64,000 bases of DNA. It comes from a virus (taxonomy: Duplodnaviria > Caudoviricetes). The DNA lies in IMG/VR virus record IMGVR_UViG_3300021387_001774, positions 96,001-160,000 of that record; one strand, written 5' to 3'. This document shows, one piece after another, positions 30,454 through 40,993 of the stretch. The notes below the pieces were generated by a model. It had not been told where the DNA came from and made no database searches. It saw only the letters and a list, made by a program, of their open reading frames with translations. The translations under genes were made by a program, and so were the position numbers. Position 1 is the stretch's first letter, and each line of letters opens with the position of its first letter.

Positions 30454-30963
30454 TCAACAATTAGAAGAAGATCTTTTAATCGTGCTTCTTTTCCAATAAT
30501 CGTCTAATTCTATTTGATCTTCTTCAGTCCATGTCATACCTGATAAAGCTATAGCTTCATCTTCTAGTATAGTTCCTTTACCTAACTTAGTCATAATAGA
30601 TCGCTTTAAAGAATCATCCCCTAGTTTCAGTATAGTAAGATAATTCTCAATAGAAGAAAAATATCGAAAATACTTTTTTCTATAAAACTTAGAAACACGT
30701 TCACCTAATATACAGAAATCATAATTCTTTCCACGATATTTTCTAAGTTTTTCAAGAAGTATTTCCCTATTCTTTTCGCGATATTTTTTACATCTTTTAG
30801 CGATTTTATCGTGATTCTCTTTATGAGCCTCACGATATTTCTTCAAATACTCGCTCATTTCTTCTTTATGAGCCTCACGATATTTCTTCAAATACTCGCT
30901 CATTTCTTCTTTATGAGCCTCACGATATTTCTTCAAATACTCTTTTCTTTCTTCTTTAGTCAT
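30454..30963 (-). CDS. Hypothetical protein with N-terminal KKYRE helical repeats
   Basis: 169 aa. Confidence 0.7.
   Translation of the reverse strand: MTKEERKEYLKKYREAHKEEMSEYLKKYREAHKEEMSEYLKKYREAHKENHDKIAKRCKKYREKNREILLEKLRKYRGKNYDFCILGERVSKFYRKKYFRYFSSIENYLTILKLGDDSLKRSIMTKLGKGTILEDEAIALSGMTWTEEDQIELDDYWKRSTIKRSSSNC
30818..30942. repeat. 45-bp tandem repeat, about 2.8 perfect copies
   Basis: Encodes EYLKKYREAHKEEMS. Confidence 0.95.
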
Positions 30964-31097
30964 AGTTTTCTTCCTTATGTTTATAGTAGTAACATCTCTA
31001 CTTCGATAATTAATTTAATAAGATACAACGTATCTTTCATTAATATAATATATAATTAAAAAAAGAAAGGTGGGACAGTTAAGTCCCACCTTTATCA

Positions 31098-32003
31098 TTA
31101 GCCTAATTGACTATAAATAAATTCTTCTACATCTTCAATCTTTTCATTTTGATAATATATAGAGTCCGTATCTACGATAATTGTACGTTTTGCTGTTGGA
31201 TCATCACTAATTTTATAAACTTCTTCATTATATAACGTTTTTGAATATTTCTGGATATAATTATCGTTATCATATGCATCATATTTGCGATCATCTTTAC
31301 AATACATATTTTTAATAACTTCTGAAGATTTAAATACAAATGTAATAATATCATAATCTAAAAATGCTCTATTTATTTCTAATGCAGACGTCTTTTCAAT
31401 TTCTAAAATAGTCTTTTCAAGATCATTTATAGTATCTATAACTTTTCCAGAAATTTCATGATAATATTCATTCTTATATTCATTAATAACATGAATAGGA
31501 ATATAATAATTATACACATATCCACTAATATGGAAACGATCAAGAATAACATAACATTCTTCAGGATGTTTTTCAAACTTATCAAGAAGAGCTATTATTT
31601 TTGAATTTATCATTTGTGAATTTCTGTCTGTATCAAGAAATTCTCCGTCATAAAATAATTTATAATCTTCTTTTACAGTAAAATCAAAATCCATAAGTGA
31701 ACCCTTATAGATATTATTTAACTGTTCCACAATATGTATACGATCTTTATGATTTATATTAAGATTTTCTGTTAAAGCCGTTTTAAGTTTAAAGAATTCA
31801 TGTTCATTAAAATCAGTAAATAATTTATTCATAAACTCTTTATTATATAATGTATCTGTAGTCAGTTTAAAACATCTTGTGGTATTTGAATCCTTTCTTG
31901 GACTATGAATAACTATACAGTTTCTAAGTTTCTTTGCTAACTTATTAATCTGTGTAGTCTTTCCACAGCAATCCGGTCCTTCAAAAATGATAACATTTTT
32001 CAA
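31098..32003 (-). CDS. Thymidylate/dNMP kinase-like protein
   Basis: IFEGPDCCGKTT P-loop, LDRF motif. Confidence 0.75.
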   Translation of the reverse strand: MKNVIIFEGPDCCGKTTQINKLAKKLRNCIVIHSPRKDSNTTRCFKLTTDTLYNKEFMNKLFTDFNEHEFFKLKTALTENLNINHKDRIHIVEQLNNIYKGSLMDFDFTVKEDYKLFYDGEFLDTDRNSQMINSKIIALLDKFEKHPEECYVILDRFHISGYVYNYYIPIHVINEYKNEYYHEISGKVIDTINDLEKTILEIEKTSALEINRAFLDYDIITFVFKSSEVIKNMYCKDDRKYDAYDNDNYIQKYSKTLYNEEVYKISDDPTAKRTIIVDTDSIYYQNEKIEDVEEFIYSQLG

Positions 32004-32052
32004 AATGAATCCTCCAAAAAATTAAAGGCACTTAAAAGTGCCTTTTTAGATA

Positions 32053-32202
32053 TTAAGTGTTGAGAGTCTTTTCCAACTCTTCTTTCTTTTTCTTATTGTT
32101 ATAATAAGTTTCTATTCTTTGATACTTGACACAAAGCTTACATTTTCCATTTTTATAATGTGGTGTTAATCCATGATGAATACAGAATTTTAGGTTATTC
32201 AT
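32053..32202 (-). CDS. 49-aa putative Zn-binding protein
   Basis: GAGG SD; C..HG...CKLC; translated manually. Confidence 0.5.
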   Translation of the reverse strand: MNNLKFCIHHGLTPHYKNGKCKLCVKYQRIETYYNNKKKKEELEKTLNT

Positions 32203-32214
32203 ATTGTGCCTCAT

Positions 32215-32826
32215 TTATTTTCGCTTAATATTATTCTCTATACAGAAATCATCCATAAGTTTTCTACAATTAATATCTACTCTTTCATTTCCTTCTACAC
32301 CACTATGACCTGCAACTTTTTCATAAGATATTTTTCTACTGATATTCAAATCATATAATCTTTGCCAAAGTTTTAGATTCTTAATTTCTATCTCTTTACC
32401 TTTATCATCATATCTTTTCCAATCATTTGCTTTCCATTTTTTAGACCAGAATAAAATTCCGAATCTCACATAATCTGAATCAAGACAAATTGTACACCAT
32501 TTATCCTTTGGAATACCCAGTTCATCCAAATATTCTAAAGCTTTAATTACTGCCATGAGTTCCATAGCATTGTTGGTAGCATCGTCACAAGCTTCCCCAT
32601 ATATTTCGTTGGTATTTTCATCATAAAATGACCATGCTCCAACATATCTTTTTCTTTCTGCAGTTGGTATAATTCTGGAACCACCATCAGTATAAATTTT
32701 CTTTACACATTCAGGTGGTCTAAATTCTTTTTTCTTAGCTCTAAAGTCTGAAGACTTAGGCTTATATTTTTGTATTTCACTCGGTTCCCATTTAATTTCT
32801 CCCTCATCGAAAGTCACTTCTTTCAT
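32215..32826 (-). CDS. rnhA: Ribonuclease HI
   Basis: YTDG, TNN.MEL, DSDY, KVAGHSG..GNERVD. Confidence 0.92.
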   Translation of the reverse strand: MKEVTFDEGEIKWEPSEIQKYKPKSSDFRAKKKEFRPPECVKKIYTDGGSRIIPTAERKRYVGAWSFYDENTNEIYGEACDDATNNAMELMAVIKALEYLDELGIPKDKWCTICLDSDYVRFGILFWSKKWKANDWKRYDDKGKEIEIKNLKLWQRLYDLNISRKISYEKVAGHSGVEGNERVDINCRKLMDDFCIENNIKRK

Positions 32827-32962
32827 GGTTTACCTGCCTGATTCTTTTAAGACTTCTTTATCAAATAAAGACTGTTCTTCACAGAACCCATAAGTAGTTT
32901 TCTTGGAAGAATGTTTCATCTTCCAAGATTTAAACAGTCTTACCAAGAACTGTTTAATAATA

Positions 32963-33478
32963 CTACTCACTCTTCTTTCCTTTGATAAAATTCTTGATGA
33001 TTTCATCTTGCTGAGCTTTAGTTTTATTCTTTGATGCAGATTTTGCTTCTTCCATAGCTGTGTCAACTGCGTAGCTAGCACATCCCAAGAAATTTCCAAC
33101 GATTGCTCCACCGGCCATACCAACAAATATTGTAGAACCAATTTGTCTAATTCTACAATTACGTCTATTTTTCTTCAAAGCTTTTTCATGTGATATTTCA
33201 AGTTCTTTAATATTAGTATCATATTCTTCTTGTGTTATATCGCCATTTGCAAGGCGATATTTCTCATGTTCATAAGCTGCGTTAAAACCTGCATTAATTT
33301 CATGTGCGAAATTATCTTTCGTTGCTTCTGCTGAAGACCACAAAAGATCTGATGTAATAAGAGATGTTGCTACAGTACCGGCTGCGAATAAAGTAGACTT
33401 TCTCTTAAGTGATCTCAATTCTTTGTTCTCTGGTTTCTTAAGAAACTCTTTAAGTTCTTTCTTTTCTTCTTTGGTCAT
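32963..33478 (-). CDS. Hypothetical membrane-associated protein
   Basis: AGGAGG SD before MTKEEK; two hydrophobic segments. Confidence 0.65.
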   Translation of the reverse strand: MTKEEKKELKEFLKKPENKELRSLKRKSTLFAAGTVATSLITSDLLWSSAEATKDNFAHEINAGFNAAYEHEKYRLANGDITQEEYDTNIKELEISHEKALKKNRRNCRIRQIGSTIFVGMAGGAIVGNFLGCASYAVDTAMEEAKSASKNKTKAQQDEIIKNFIKGKKSE

Positions 33479-33581
33479 ATTTTGACCCTCCTTAAAATAT
33501 AATTTAACAGAATATATCTTTCTGTCACTCATATAATATATAATTATAAAAAGAGTTGGTATTTAACCAACTCTTTTATTT

Positions 33582-35654
33582 TTATTTATATTCTTTAGCT
33601 AATACTTCGTTTGTACGATGTTGATCTTTTAATATATAATATTGCTCATCTTTATCAAACTTATTCAAATTTACACATAACATGAATTTCTTTGTTTCTC
33701 TATTGAATATATAGAACTGATATTCTGGATCAGGTTTCAGTACTTCTTCACGATTTATAGCAAAGAAATCATTCTTGTCTTTAAAATAAAATTGTAGATC
33801 GTCTCTTACTTCTACTACTTCTGCTAGTACAGGTATAAAATCTCCATCAACACTCTTTGTATAGTATTGATAATCTGGCGAAGCAATGCAGAAATCTTGT
33901 GTCTTTATAGGTACGAATGTATCGTTCTCGAGACTCTTTACAAGATAATGCCATCCTCTACGATGTGCAAACTTCCAGAAGTATTCACTACCTACAGTTA
34001 AGAAGAAAGTTTTATCATAATAAAATCTAGAGCCATTTTCATCTACACCATCAAGTGTTGCTGTAAATGAATCATTATCTTTAGTAGAAGTACCATCGCT
34101 ACCATTATTACTAGTACTATCATCAAGATAATATTGTTTTGTAATTGGATTATATCTATAAGTACCTGTTCCAAATTTACTTTTCTTTGTATGAGTTATA
34201 TATTGGAAAAGTATTTTATAAACATTTCCTTTACCCATATTTATAATATCTTTAAATGTAGTTCCAGTTTTATCAAGAATAATACCAGCATTATAAAGTT
34301 TATTTAAAATATATTCAATCTTTGTTTGATATATTTCCTTATTTATAAAAATATCGATATAATATGGAACCATAAGATCACAATCATGTACTGTAATAGT
34401 AAAATTCTCATCAACTTCATATTTGTCTTTTGATAATGGTTCATTATGTTTATAAATATCTATATCAAAAAGTCTGTTAAACTCTTCTTTACTTTTTATT
34501 GTATCTAATAACGCACTTATTATATAATAAGCTGAAGGAGTATCATTTGGATCTATTACTTCATCGAGGATGTTGAACTTTTCTTCTTTAGTACTCATCA
34601 TAATTTCATATTCTGTATAAAATAGATTCCAACGTTTATCTACTGTTAATCTTTTACGATCATCTTTAAACACTTCTTTAAAAGTCATTATATTAGAACG
34701 ATTCTTATAATCCTTTGTAGAAGACAGTCGGATGTAATGATCGTTCTTTCTTCCACGAATTATAGCTGGTACATTAGTAATAAAACTAATAGGGTTAGCA
34801 TATTCCATCCAACCTGAAGTTGTAACTTCAAATCCGGTATAAGCTCCACCTTTTTTAGTACCTTCATCACCATCAGGACGTTCTATTCTAAATGTGATAT
34901 ATTGTGTTCTTGCTAATGAATACACATAATTCGTAACGCCTGTTTCTGTATCTTGTTCTCTAAATGGTTTAATAGCTTTATTAGAAAAATCATAAAGATA
35001 TTCTGTAAAACGATCATTAATTCTATTTCGATAATTTCGTTTATCCTCAGAATCTCCAACCATTTTTTCTAGCATATCCATCTCATATTTAAATACAGAT
35101 TTCTTTATATATTCCATCATTAAGTTTGGAAGTAATATCTTTGTTTCTACTGGAATAACTTGAACATACATGTGTTTAAGATTTGAATCACAGTAGTTAA
35201 ACATAGAAAGTTGATCAGCCTTGGTTTGTAATTGTATTCTAATATCAAAATTATTTCTAATAGTATAATCATTAGAACAAAGAATTACACCATATGGATC
35301 ATAAAAGAAAGGTTTATATCCGGTAAGATCTGTATCAATCATAAATGCACCAGGTTGTTGATTAGGATTCCAGAAGTTACCAAATACTTCGTCCATATTA
35401 TTTTTACCCTGATTAACATTCATTCTAAGAGCAGGCTGTAAAATCTTTTGACCTGGAGCAGTTTTCTGTAATTCTCCCGTTTGTTCATTAATTATGTATG
35501 ATGAAGCGGCGGAAGATTGTGTATTTAAGAAAATATGATTAAAAAATCCAGGAGAGAATCTACTTATAAACCATTCTAGAACTCTCTTAGCTATATCATC
35601 TTGAAATATTTTATTACTTGTTGATGGGAATGTTCCCAAACGTATTGTTCCCAT
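33582..35654 (-). CDS. Late virion structural protein with C-terminal YY-type repeats
   Basis: GACA-N5-ATATA at 35681-35694; GAGG SD before ATG 35654. Confidence 0.7.
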   Translation of the reverse strand: MGTIRLGTFPSTSNKIFQDDIAKRVLEWFISRFSPGFFNHIFLNTQSSAASSYIINEQTGELQKTAPGQKILQPALRMNVNQGKNNMDEVFGNFWNPNQQPGAFMIDTDLTGYKPFFYDPYGVILCSNDYTIRNNFDIRIQLQTKADQLSMFNYCDSNLKHMYVQVIPVETKILLPNLMMEYIKKSVFKYEMDMLEKMVGDSEDKRNYRNRINDRFTEYLYDFSNKAIKPFREQDTETGVTNYVYSLARTQYITFRIERPDGDEGTKKGGAYTGFEVTTSGWMEYANPISFITNVPAIIRGRKNDHYIRLSSTKDYKNRSNIMTFKEVFKDDRKRLTVDKRWNLFYTEYEIMMSTKEEKFNILDEVIDPNDTPSAYYIISALLDTIKSKEEFNRLFDIDIYKHNEPLSKDKYEVDENFTITVHDCDLMVPYYIDIFINKEIYQTKIEYILNKLYNAGIILDKTGTTFKDIINMGKGNVYKILFQYITHTKKSKFGTGTYRYNPITKQYYLDDSTSNNGSDGTSTKDNDSFTATLDGVDENGSRFYYDKTFFLTVGSEYFWKFAHRRGWHYLVKSLENDTFVPIKTQDFCIASPDYQYYTKSVDGDFIPVLAEVVEVRDDLQFYFKDKNDFFAINREEVLKPDPEYQFYIFNRETKKFMLCVNLNKFDKDEQYYILKDQHRTNEVLAKEYK

Positions 35655-35809
35655 AGTAAAACACCTCATTTATCATCGTTTATATTCCTTTGTCTTCAAT
35701 TACTGTTCAAACTATATAGTCTAATTATATTTATGGAAGATAGAAATAGAGTAGGGTGCTGTAACACCCTACTCTATAAATTTAATTATCTTTCAAGGAG
35801 GTGATTTTT

Positions 35810-35941
35810 ATGTATCAGTACTGGTATTCCATAAACGACAATGGGGTACTAAAATCAGATTATACTTATCTTACGAGAGATGAGTATATTAAGGTTACTG
35901 GACATACTCCAGAATTCATGGGAGCATATAGAGTTGCATAA
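35810..35941 (+). CDS. 43-aa hypothetical peptide
   Basis: Perfect AAGGAGGTGA SD; MYQYWYSIND...AYRVA; upstream hairpin at 35747-35778. Confidence 0.6.
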   Translation: MYQYWYSINDNGVLKSDYTYLTRDEYIKVTGHTPEFMGAYRVA

Positions 35942-36100
35942 CTTTACTCTCATGAAACCTTATCGAAGAAAGATAATATACTATAATGTATATTTATTAA
36001 TTAAAAAAATAAACTCTCAGAGATATCTGAGAGTTTAACAGGTCAACTAACAGTACCTGTTTTATTTTTTATCATTCAAGTTTATATGTTACATAGAGTG

Positions 36101-36304
36101 TTAATGGATCTCCAAGATTCTGAATATATGAGGATCTCCAAAATGACAACGTTTATCATTTTTACATTTTTTCAAATATGGACACCGCATTTTCATAGAT
36201 GTAGGACATCTTACAAAAGGAGGAACCCTATACTTATCTACAGTTTCTTTAGCTTTTTCTTTAATCTCTTTCATAATCTTCATAGAAATTTGTTTTGTTT
36301 TCAT
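36101..36304 (-). CDS. Small Cys-rich protein
   Basis: AAGGAG SD before MKTKQ; CP..CP..C..CH. Confidence 0.55.
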   Translation of the reverse strand: MKTKQISMKIMKEIKEKAKETVDKYRVPPFVRCPTSMKMRCPYLKKCKNDKRCHFGDPHIFRILEIH

Positions 36305-36314
36305 ATTATTCTCC

Positions 36315-37826
36315 TTAGTTCTTAATAAGAACTGGATCGATATTGAATATCTTTTTATCCATATCGAATGTATCACATAAAGGACAAATGTAATGAGACA
36401 AACCAGGAGCACCAGCAGACTGTCCTTCAATAAGATTGATATTTCCTAGGTAGTCAATTGGGAATCTTCTTAAATTTGTACTTACTCTACTCGTCTTTTC
36501 TGATGGAGAACCAGCTCCAGTCTTTGTAGCCATTAATAATGTATTTGTTAATGAATCGTCATTCGATTCACTAGAGAATTTAGCAATATTCATACCAGTT
36601 ACTTCTGGTGAAATCTTACCAATAATACTATTGATAATAATCGTTGATTTAATTTTGAATACATCCAATAGACCGTCAATAGATTTAAGTTTTTCTGGTG
36701 TGTTAATAAATCTGTAAATCTTTTGTGTAAACATCTTGATAAACGGGGAAATAAGATATTCAGATAAACGAATACGTTTATTCTGTAATCCATCATCTTT
36801 CGAAGTTAATGTTGCATAGTTTACAAATATCCATCTAGTTACTGAAAATATATTATTTCTTTCTGTTCCAGGTACCAATTGTCTAATAATACCTGCTGTA
36901 TGGAAATCCAAAGCGTTAATAAATGTTTTAAGTAATGCTACACCTTTATCTAATGATTTCTGGATATTAAGATTTTCACCAAGTAATGATGTCCATCTTA
37001 CAGGATTTCTAATATAATTCATATCCATTGTACGTTTTTGTGTAGCAAGAATCGTTGCTACAAACTGTTGTAATACACGATTTTTGTCAAATGCTTCTTT
37101 ATCGACTCCAAGGAATACTGATCCAAACTTGAATACATACTTATCCTTAGGGATTCCTGTACCGACATCTCCTGAATAGATTTCTATATATTTTTCTGCA
37201 CCAAAGTATTTTAATGTTTTAAAGAAACCATATCTAGCAAAATAATATATTAATACTGGAATAGATTTCCTTTCAGTAATATAGATCATGATCTTAGAAG
37301 TAATATATTTATTACCATAAATGTCAGTAATAGTAGCTTTTTCACGTTCGAATTTTATAGCTCTTGTAATCGTTTTAAGAACCAAAACATTTTTCTTTGT
37401 AAATGTAATAGCGTCAATAATTTGTAATGGACAAGAATATTTATTTCCTCTAATATAGAAATGAGCATTATCATACAACATTGGAACCCAAATTGAGAAT
37501 GATTGTTTAACTTTCTGATTACCAAACATACATTCAAATTCAAATATAGCTTCTTTAGCATATGTATCAGAAATATGAATATGAACTTCGTTCTTAGGTG
37601 CGGTTTTAACTCCACCATCATCTTTATTCATATCAAGCATTTTAGAACGAATATTCTGATATCGATATCCATTATACCTGATATATTCTGGTGCTAACTG
37701 TACAATAGCTTTACAAGCTTCATCGATATACTTGGCCATTTCATCATTAGCACGCATATTATAAATAAGATCATTATTGAACTTATTATCATTAATCCTT
37801 GAAAAGTTTGCTATCACATCTAACAT
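36315..37826 (-). CDS. Phage RNA polymerase beta-like subunit, N-terminal part
   Basis: P....F.I.G.Y..Q, D.L.NKRIR, R......GNI...EG...G patterns of the RpoB N-half. Confidence 0.8.
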   Translation of the reverse strand: MLDVIANFSRINDNKFNNDLIYNMRANDEMAKYIDEACKAIVQLAPEYIRYNGYRYQNIRSKMLDMNKDDGGVKTAPKNEVHIHISDTYAKEAIFEFECMFGNQKVKQSFSIWVPMLYDNAHFYIRGNKYSCPLQIIDAITFTKKNVLVLKTITRAIKFEREKATITDIYGNKYITSKIMIYITERKSIPVLIYYFARYGFFKTLKYFGAEKYIEIYSGDVGTGIPKDKYVFKFGSVFLGVDKEAFDKNRVLQQFVATILATQKRTMDMNYIRNPVRWTSLLGENLNIQKSLDKGVALLKTFINALDFHTAGIIRQLVPGTERNNIFSVTRWIFVNYATLTSKDDGLQNKRIRLSEYLISPFIKMFTQKIYRFINTPEKLKSIDGLLDVFKIKSTIIINSIIGKISPEVTGMNIAKFSSESNDDSLTNTLLMATKTGAGSPSEKTSRVSTNLRRFPIDYLGNINLIEGQSAGAPGLSHYICPLCDTFDMDKKIFNIDPVLIKN

Positions 37827-38048
37827 TTATTTTGACTCCTTTCTTCGTCGTTGTTTAGCAAGATATTTTAGTCTCTCTTTACGAGACATATGTTTCAGTT
37901 TATCATATGGAGGATTAGCCATTCCTTTCATATGAGTTTTCTCAAATGTTATAGTTTTACTTTCCCTTTCATCATTTGGTAAAAATAAATTATACATACT
38001 CATCGCAGCCATAATTGGTAGAAGTCGTTTATGTGTATTACTATCCAA
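37827..38048 (-). CDS. Small basic hypothetical protein
   Basis: GGAGG SD, TTG start. Confidence 0.55.
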   Translation of the reverse strand: MDSNTHKRLLPIMAAMSMYNLFLPNDERESKTITFEKTHMKGMANPPYDKLKHMSRKERLKYLAKQRRRKESK

Positions 38049-38129
38049 AAATAAACCTCCAAAAATTATATAGAAATATTAAAGACTTTTTAAAATTCTA
38101 CTAGGACAAATTGTCCTAGTAGTTATAAA

Positions 38130-40082
38130 TTAATATTTTTGTACGAGTTTTAAGAACTCTTCTGGACTTATTATAGGTACTTTATATTTCATAGCTTTTA
38201 GTACCTTCGATGTAGATTTTTCATTAGTCACTAAGTAATTTGTTGATGTTTTAACATCTTTATCATATCTAAATGCTATATTTGTATTAAATACAGTTTT
38301 CACAAACTTATCTTTTGACTCAAATCCTTGTACTTCACCTGAGATACAATATGTAATTGTATTATCATTTGGATCTTCCACATCATGAAAATAATTCTTA
38401 CAGAGTTCCATAGATTTCTCTAAATCCATACGTTTCTGTTTATCATTATACCATTTCATAAGAGTTATATCAAATACTTCTTCAAGTACTGGTTTCTTTT
38501 TAAGAGTTTCACAATAATCTATAAACATCTTATAAGATCTGATACTGTGATCAAGCAAAGATGTTTCACCAATATACGGAATATTCATTGCTGCTATAAG
38601 TTTTATTTCCGTAAGATTATCAAACATATTCTCTAAAGCTTTCTTGAAAATGATTGGCCTTTTACCGCCACCATCTGGATCATTATCATAGAATACATTT
38701 ATTTTGCTTTCGTATTTGTAAGTTCCATTGATTGGTCTAAAGTTTTCAAAGAATGTATACAAATATAATTCTTTATTTTCTTCAGCAATCATATCAGAAA
38801 TACCTTTAATAACTGCTTCACCAATATTCTTTCCATCAAGAATCTTAACTAGATTCTCTAACTTAGAATTATATACTGCTTTACATCCAAATTCATTATC
38901 ACACATTAAATCTTGATATATCGGAACTAATTTCTTTCCACAACATGGACAATGTTCGATATCGATATACTTTATATCTACACCAGGCTTATTATAGCAA
39001 TCAAATATTTTTGGAATTACATCATTAGCTCTTTTTACAAGAACTGTAGTTCCAATACCTATATTCTTTTTCTTTATATTCTGATAATTATCAAGTGTAG
39101 CCCTACTAACATTTGTATCTAACAAAGTTATTGGTTTTATTTCTGCTACAAATGAAACTTTACGCCTATTAACATATGGAATTATATTTACTATTTCTGA
39201 TTCGGCAAATTCTGCTGGAGGTTTAAGAGCCATATTAAAACGATTGAACGAAGATATCTTATATCTAGAATTCAAATCATTATATGTGTTCTGATCTCCG
39301 TCAATTGTCATTATGATACCATCAGTTTCATAAGGCCACTTATTTCTATAAAGACTTACATATTTATTATAGATCTCTGTAACATTTGAAGTCCTTTCTA
39401 CAGGAACTATGTAAAAATGTTGATCAAGATCTGTCAATATTTGATTTATTTTCTTTATTTTATCTCCACGATTTGTGAATTCAAATTGTTTATCATAAGT
39501 ATGTGTATCATATATTACAAATGAAACATAATTGACTTCTGGGGTATATTCTTTTCTTTTCATTATACCAGAACATACATTTCGTAATGGACCATTAAAA
39601 CGATTTCTATGTTTTTTGAATATAATAAATTCTCCACGTAATTCTGAATTAGGTAAATACTTTGTTGGAACTCCATCTATCATTTTACCAAATGGTACAA
39701 GAGCTCCAACTAAACCATCACCTCTTGTAGAAGCAAATTCATAATTACCTTTTGAATCATATACTATCTTTCCAGATATACCGTCAAGTTTTGGATCTAT
39801 CCACACCGATTGTAATCTAAGACTATTATACCATTTCTCTGCGTCTTCGGCTGTCTGAACTTTTTGCATAGATAGCATCGGTATTCTATGCTCAACTTCT
39901 TCAGAATCTTTAGATACTTTATTTCCTACTTTATCAAAGTAGGGATTATTAGGATCTAAAGTTTTCAATCTTCTTTCATAAAAATCAAATTCCTCATCGG
40001 GGATATCTGATTCACCATTATAATATTTTTCTCTATATACATTAAGCTTTTTGACTAAGTCATTAATTTCATTAGTAACCAT
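38130..40082 (-). CDS. ligA: NAD-dependent DNA ligase
   Basis: YY.G..D.EFD, H..PMLS, KLDG, TRGDG, RGE, TDG, RA.DVIP, Zn finger, C-terminal BRCT. Confidence 0.93.
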   Translation of the reverse strand: MVTNEINDLVKKLNVYREKYYNGESDIPDEEFDFYERRLKTLDPNNPYFDKVGNKVSKDSEEVEHRIPMLSMQKVQTAEDAEKWYNSLRLQSVWIDPKLDGISGKIVYDSKGNYEFASTRGDGLVGALVPFGKMIDGVPTKYLPNSELRGEFIIFKKHRNRFNGPLRNVCSGIMKRKEYTPEVNYVSFVIYDTHTYDKQFEFTNRGDKIKKINQILTDLDQHFYIVPVERTSNVTEIYNKYVSLYRNKWPYETDGIIMTIDGDQNTYNDLNSRYKISSFNRFNMALKPPAEFAESEIVNIIPYVNRRKVSFVAEIKPITLLDTNVSRATLDNYQNIKKKNIGIGTTVLVKRANDVIPKIFDCYNKPGVDIKYIDIEHCPCCGKKLVPIYQDLMCDNEFGCKAVYNSKLENLVKILDGKNIGEAVIKGISDMIAEENKELYLYTFFENFRPINGTYKYESKINVFYDNDPDGGGKRPIIFKKALENMFDNLTEIKLIAAMNIPYIGETSLLDHSIRSYKMFIDYCETLKKKPVLEEVFDITLMKWYNDKQKRMDLEKSMELCKNYFHDVEDPNDNTITYCISGEVQGFESKDKFVKTVFNTNIAFRYDKDVKTSTNYLVTNEKSTSKVLKAMKYKVPIISPEEFLKLVQKY

Positions 40083-40175
40083 ACTAATTTCCTCCGTATA
40101 TTACTTTAATAATATATATTTAAGAAAAAAATAAAAAGAGCAGAATTAACTACTCTTTTTATTTAAAATGTGAAA

Positions 40176-40646
40176 TCATTCAATATAACCATCTTCTAAC
40201 CGTTTGATAACAACTTCCATAGCATCATCGATATTCATTTCTAAACAATTTTCAAGACAAATAGATATGCATTTGAAATTAAGATCTGATATACATTCAT
40301 TATTTATCGTTAAATATGGACTATAATAATGCATGTCAACATATCCTGGTTTAACTTTAGCATAATTATAAATACTAAAATGCGTATCAAATATATTCGT
40401 AAAACTCTCAACAATATCTATATTTGTTTCAAATGTGATTTTTATATAATTACATCGATTGTTATATCTTATAAATATATCATCTATATTTTCAACATCT
40501 TTCAATAATGTAGCTAATGCTCTCATACCTTTCGTCAGTTTTGCAGATTTTGCTATTTTTTCCTGTCTTTTTCTCTCTTCTTTTGCTTCTTCAATAGTCT
40601 TGCGTTTATCATCACATTTTTTCAATAAATCTCCATACTTACCCAT
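40176..40646 (-). CDS. Hypothetical early protein
   Basis: AGGAGG SD. Confidence 0.65.
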   Translation of the reverse strand: MGKYGDLLKKCDDKRKTIEEAKEERKRQEKIAKSAKLTKGMRALATLLKDVENIDDIFIRYNNRCNYIKITFETNIDIVESFTNIFDTHFSIYNYAKVKPGYVDMHYYSPYLTINNECISDLNFKCISICLENCLEMNIDDAMEVVIKRLEDGYIE

Positions 40647-40993
40647 AGTATTATCCTCCTAAATTATTATAATAAGTACAACGTACTCATTAATATAATA
40701 TATAATTAAAAAAAGAGAGATTATTATAATCCCTCTTTCAATAAGCTACTAATATTTCATTAGTAACTTTTCATAATAATTCACTGCAGCTAATGCAGCT
40801 ACAGTGAATCCTAGCATTATGATCCCTGTGATTACAACTAAATTGATCATTTTTAATCTCCTATGTTTTTATAATTTCCGGAAATAGAGTCTTTCTCTAT
40901 TCCTTACATTAATATAATATATAATCAACATAGGAGGTTTAACAGTAGTTAAAAAAAATAAAGGTGGAGTATAAATTCCACCTTTATTCTATC

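Noticed and set aside
30818-30942. CRISPR array
   Set aside because: Contiguous in-frame coding repeats with no spacers
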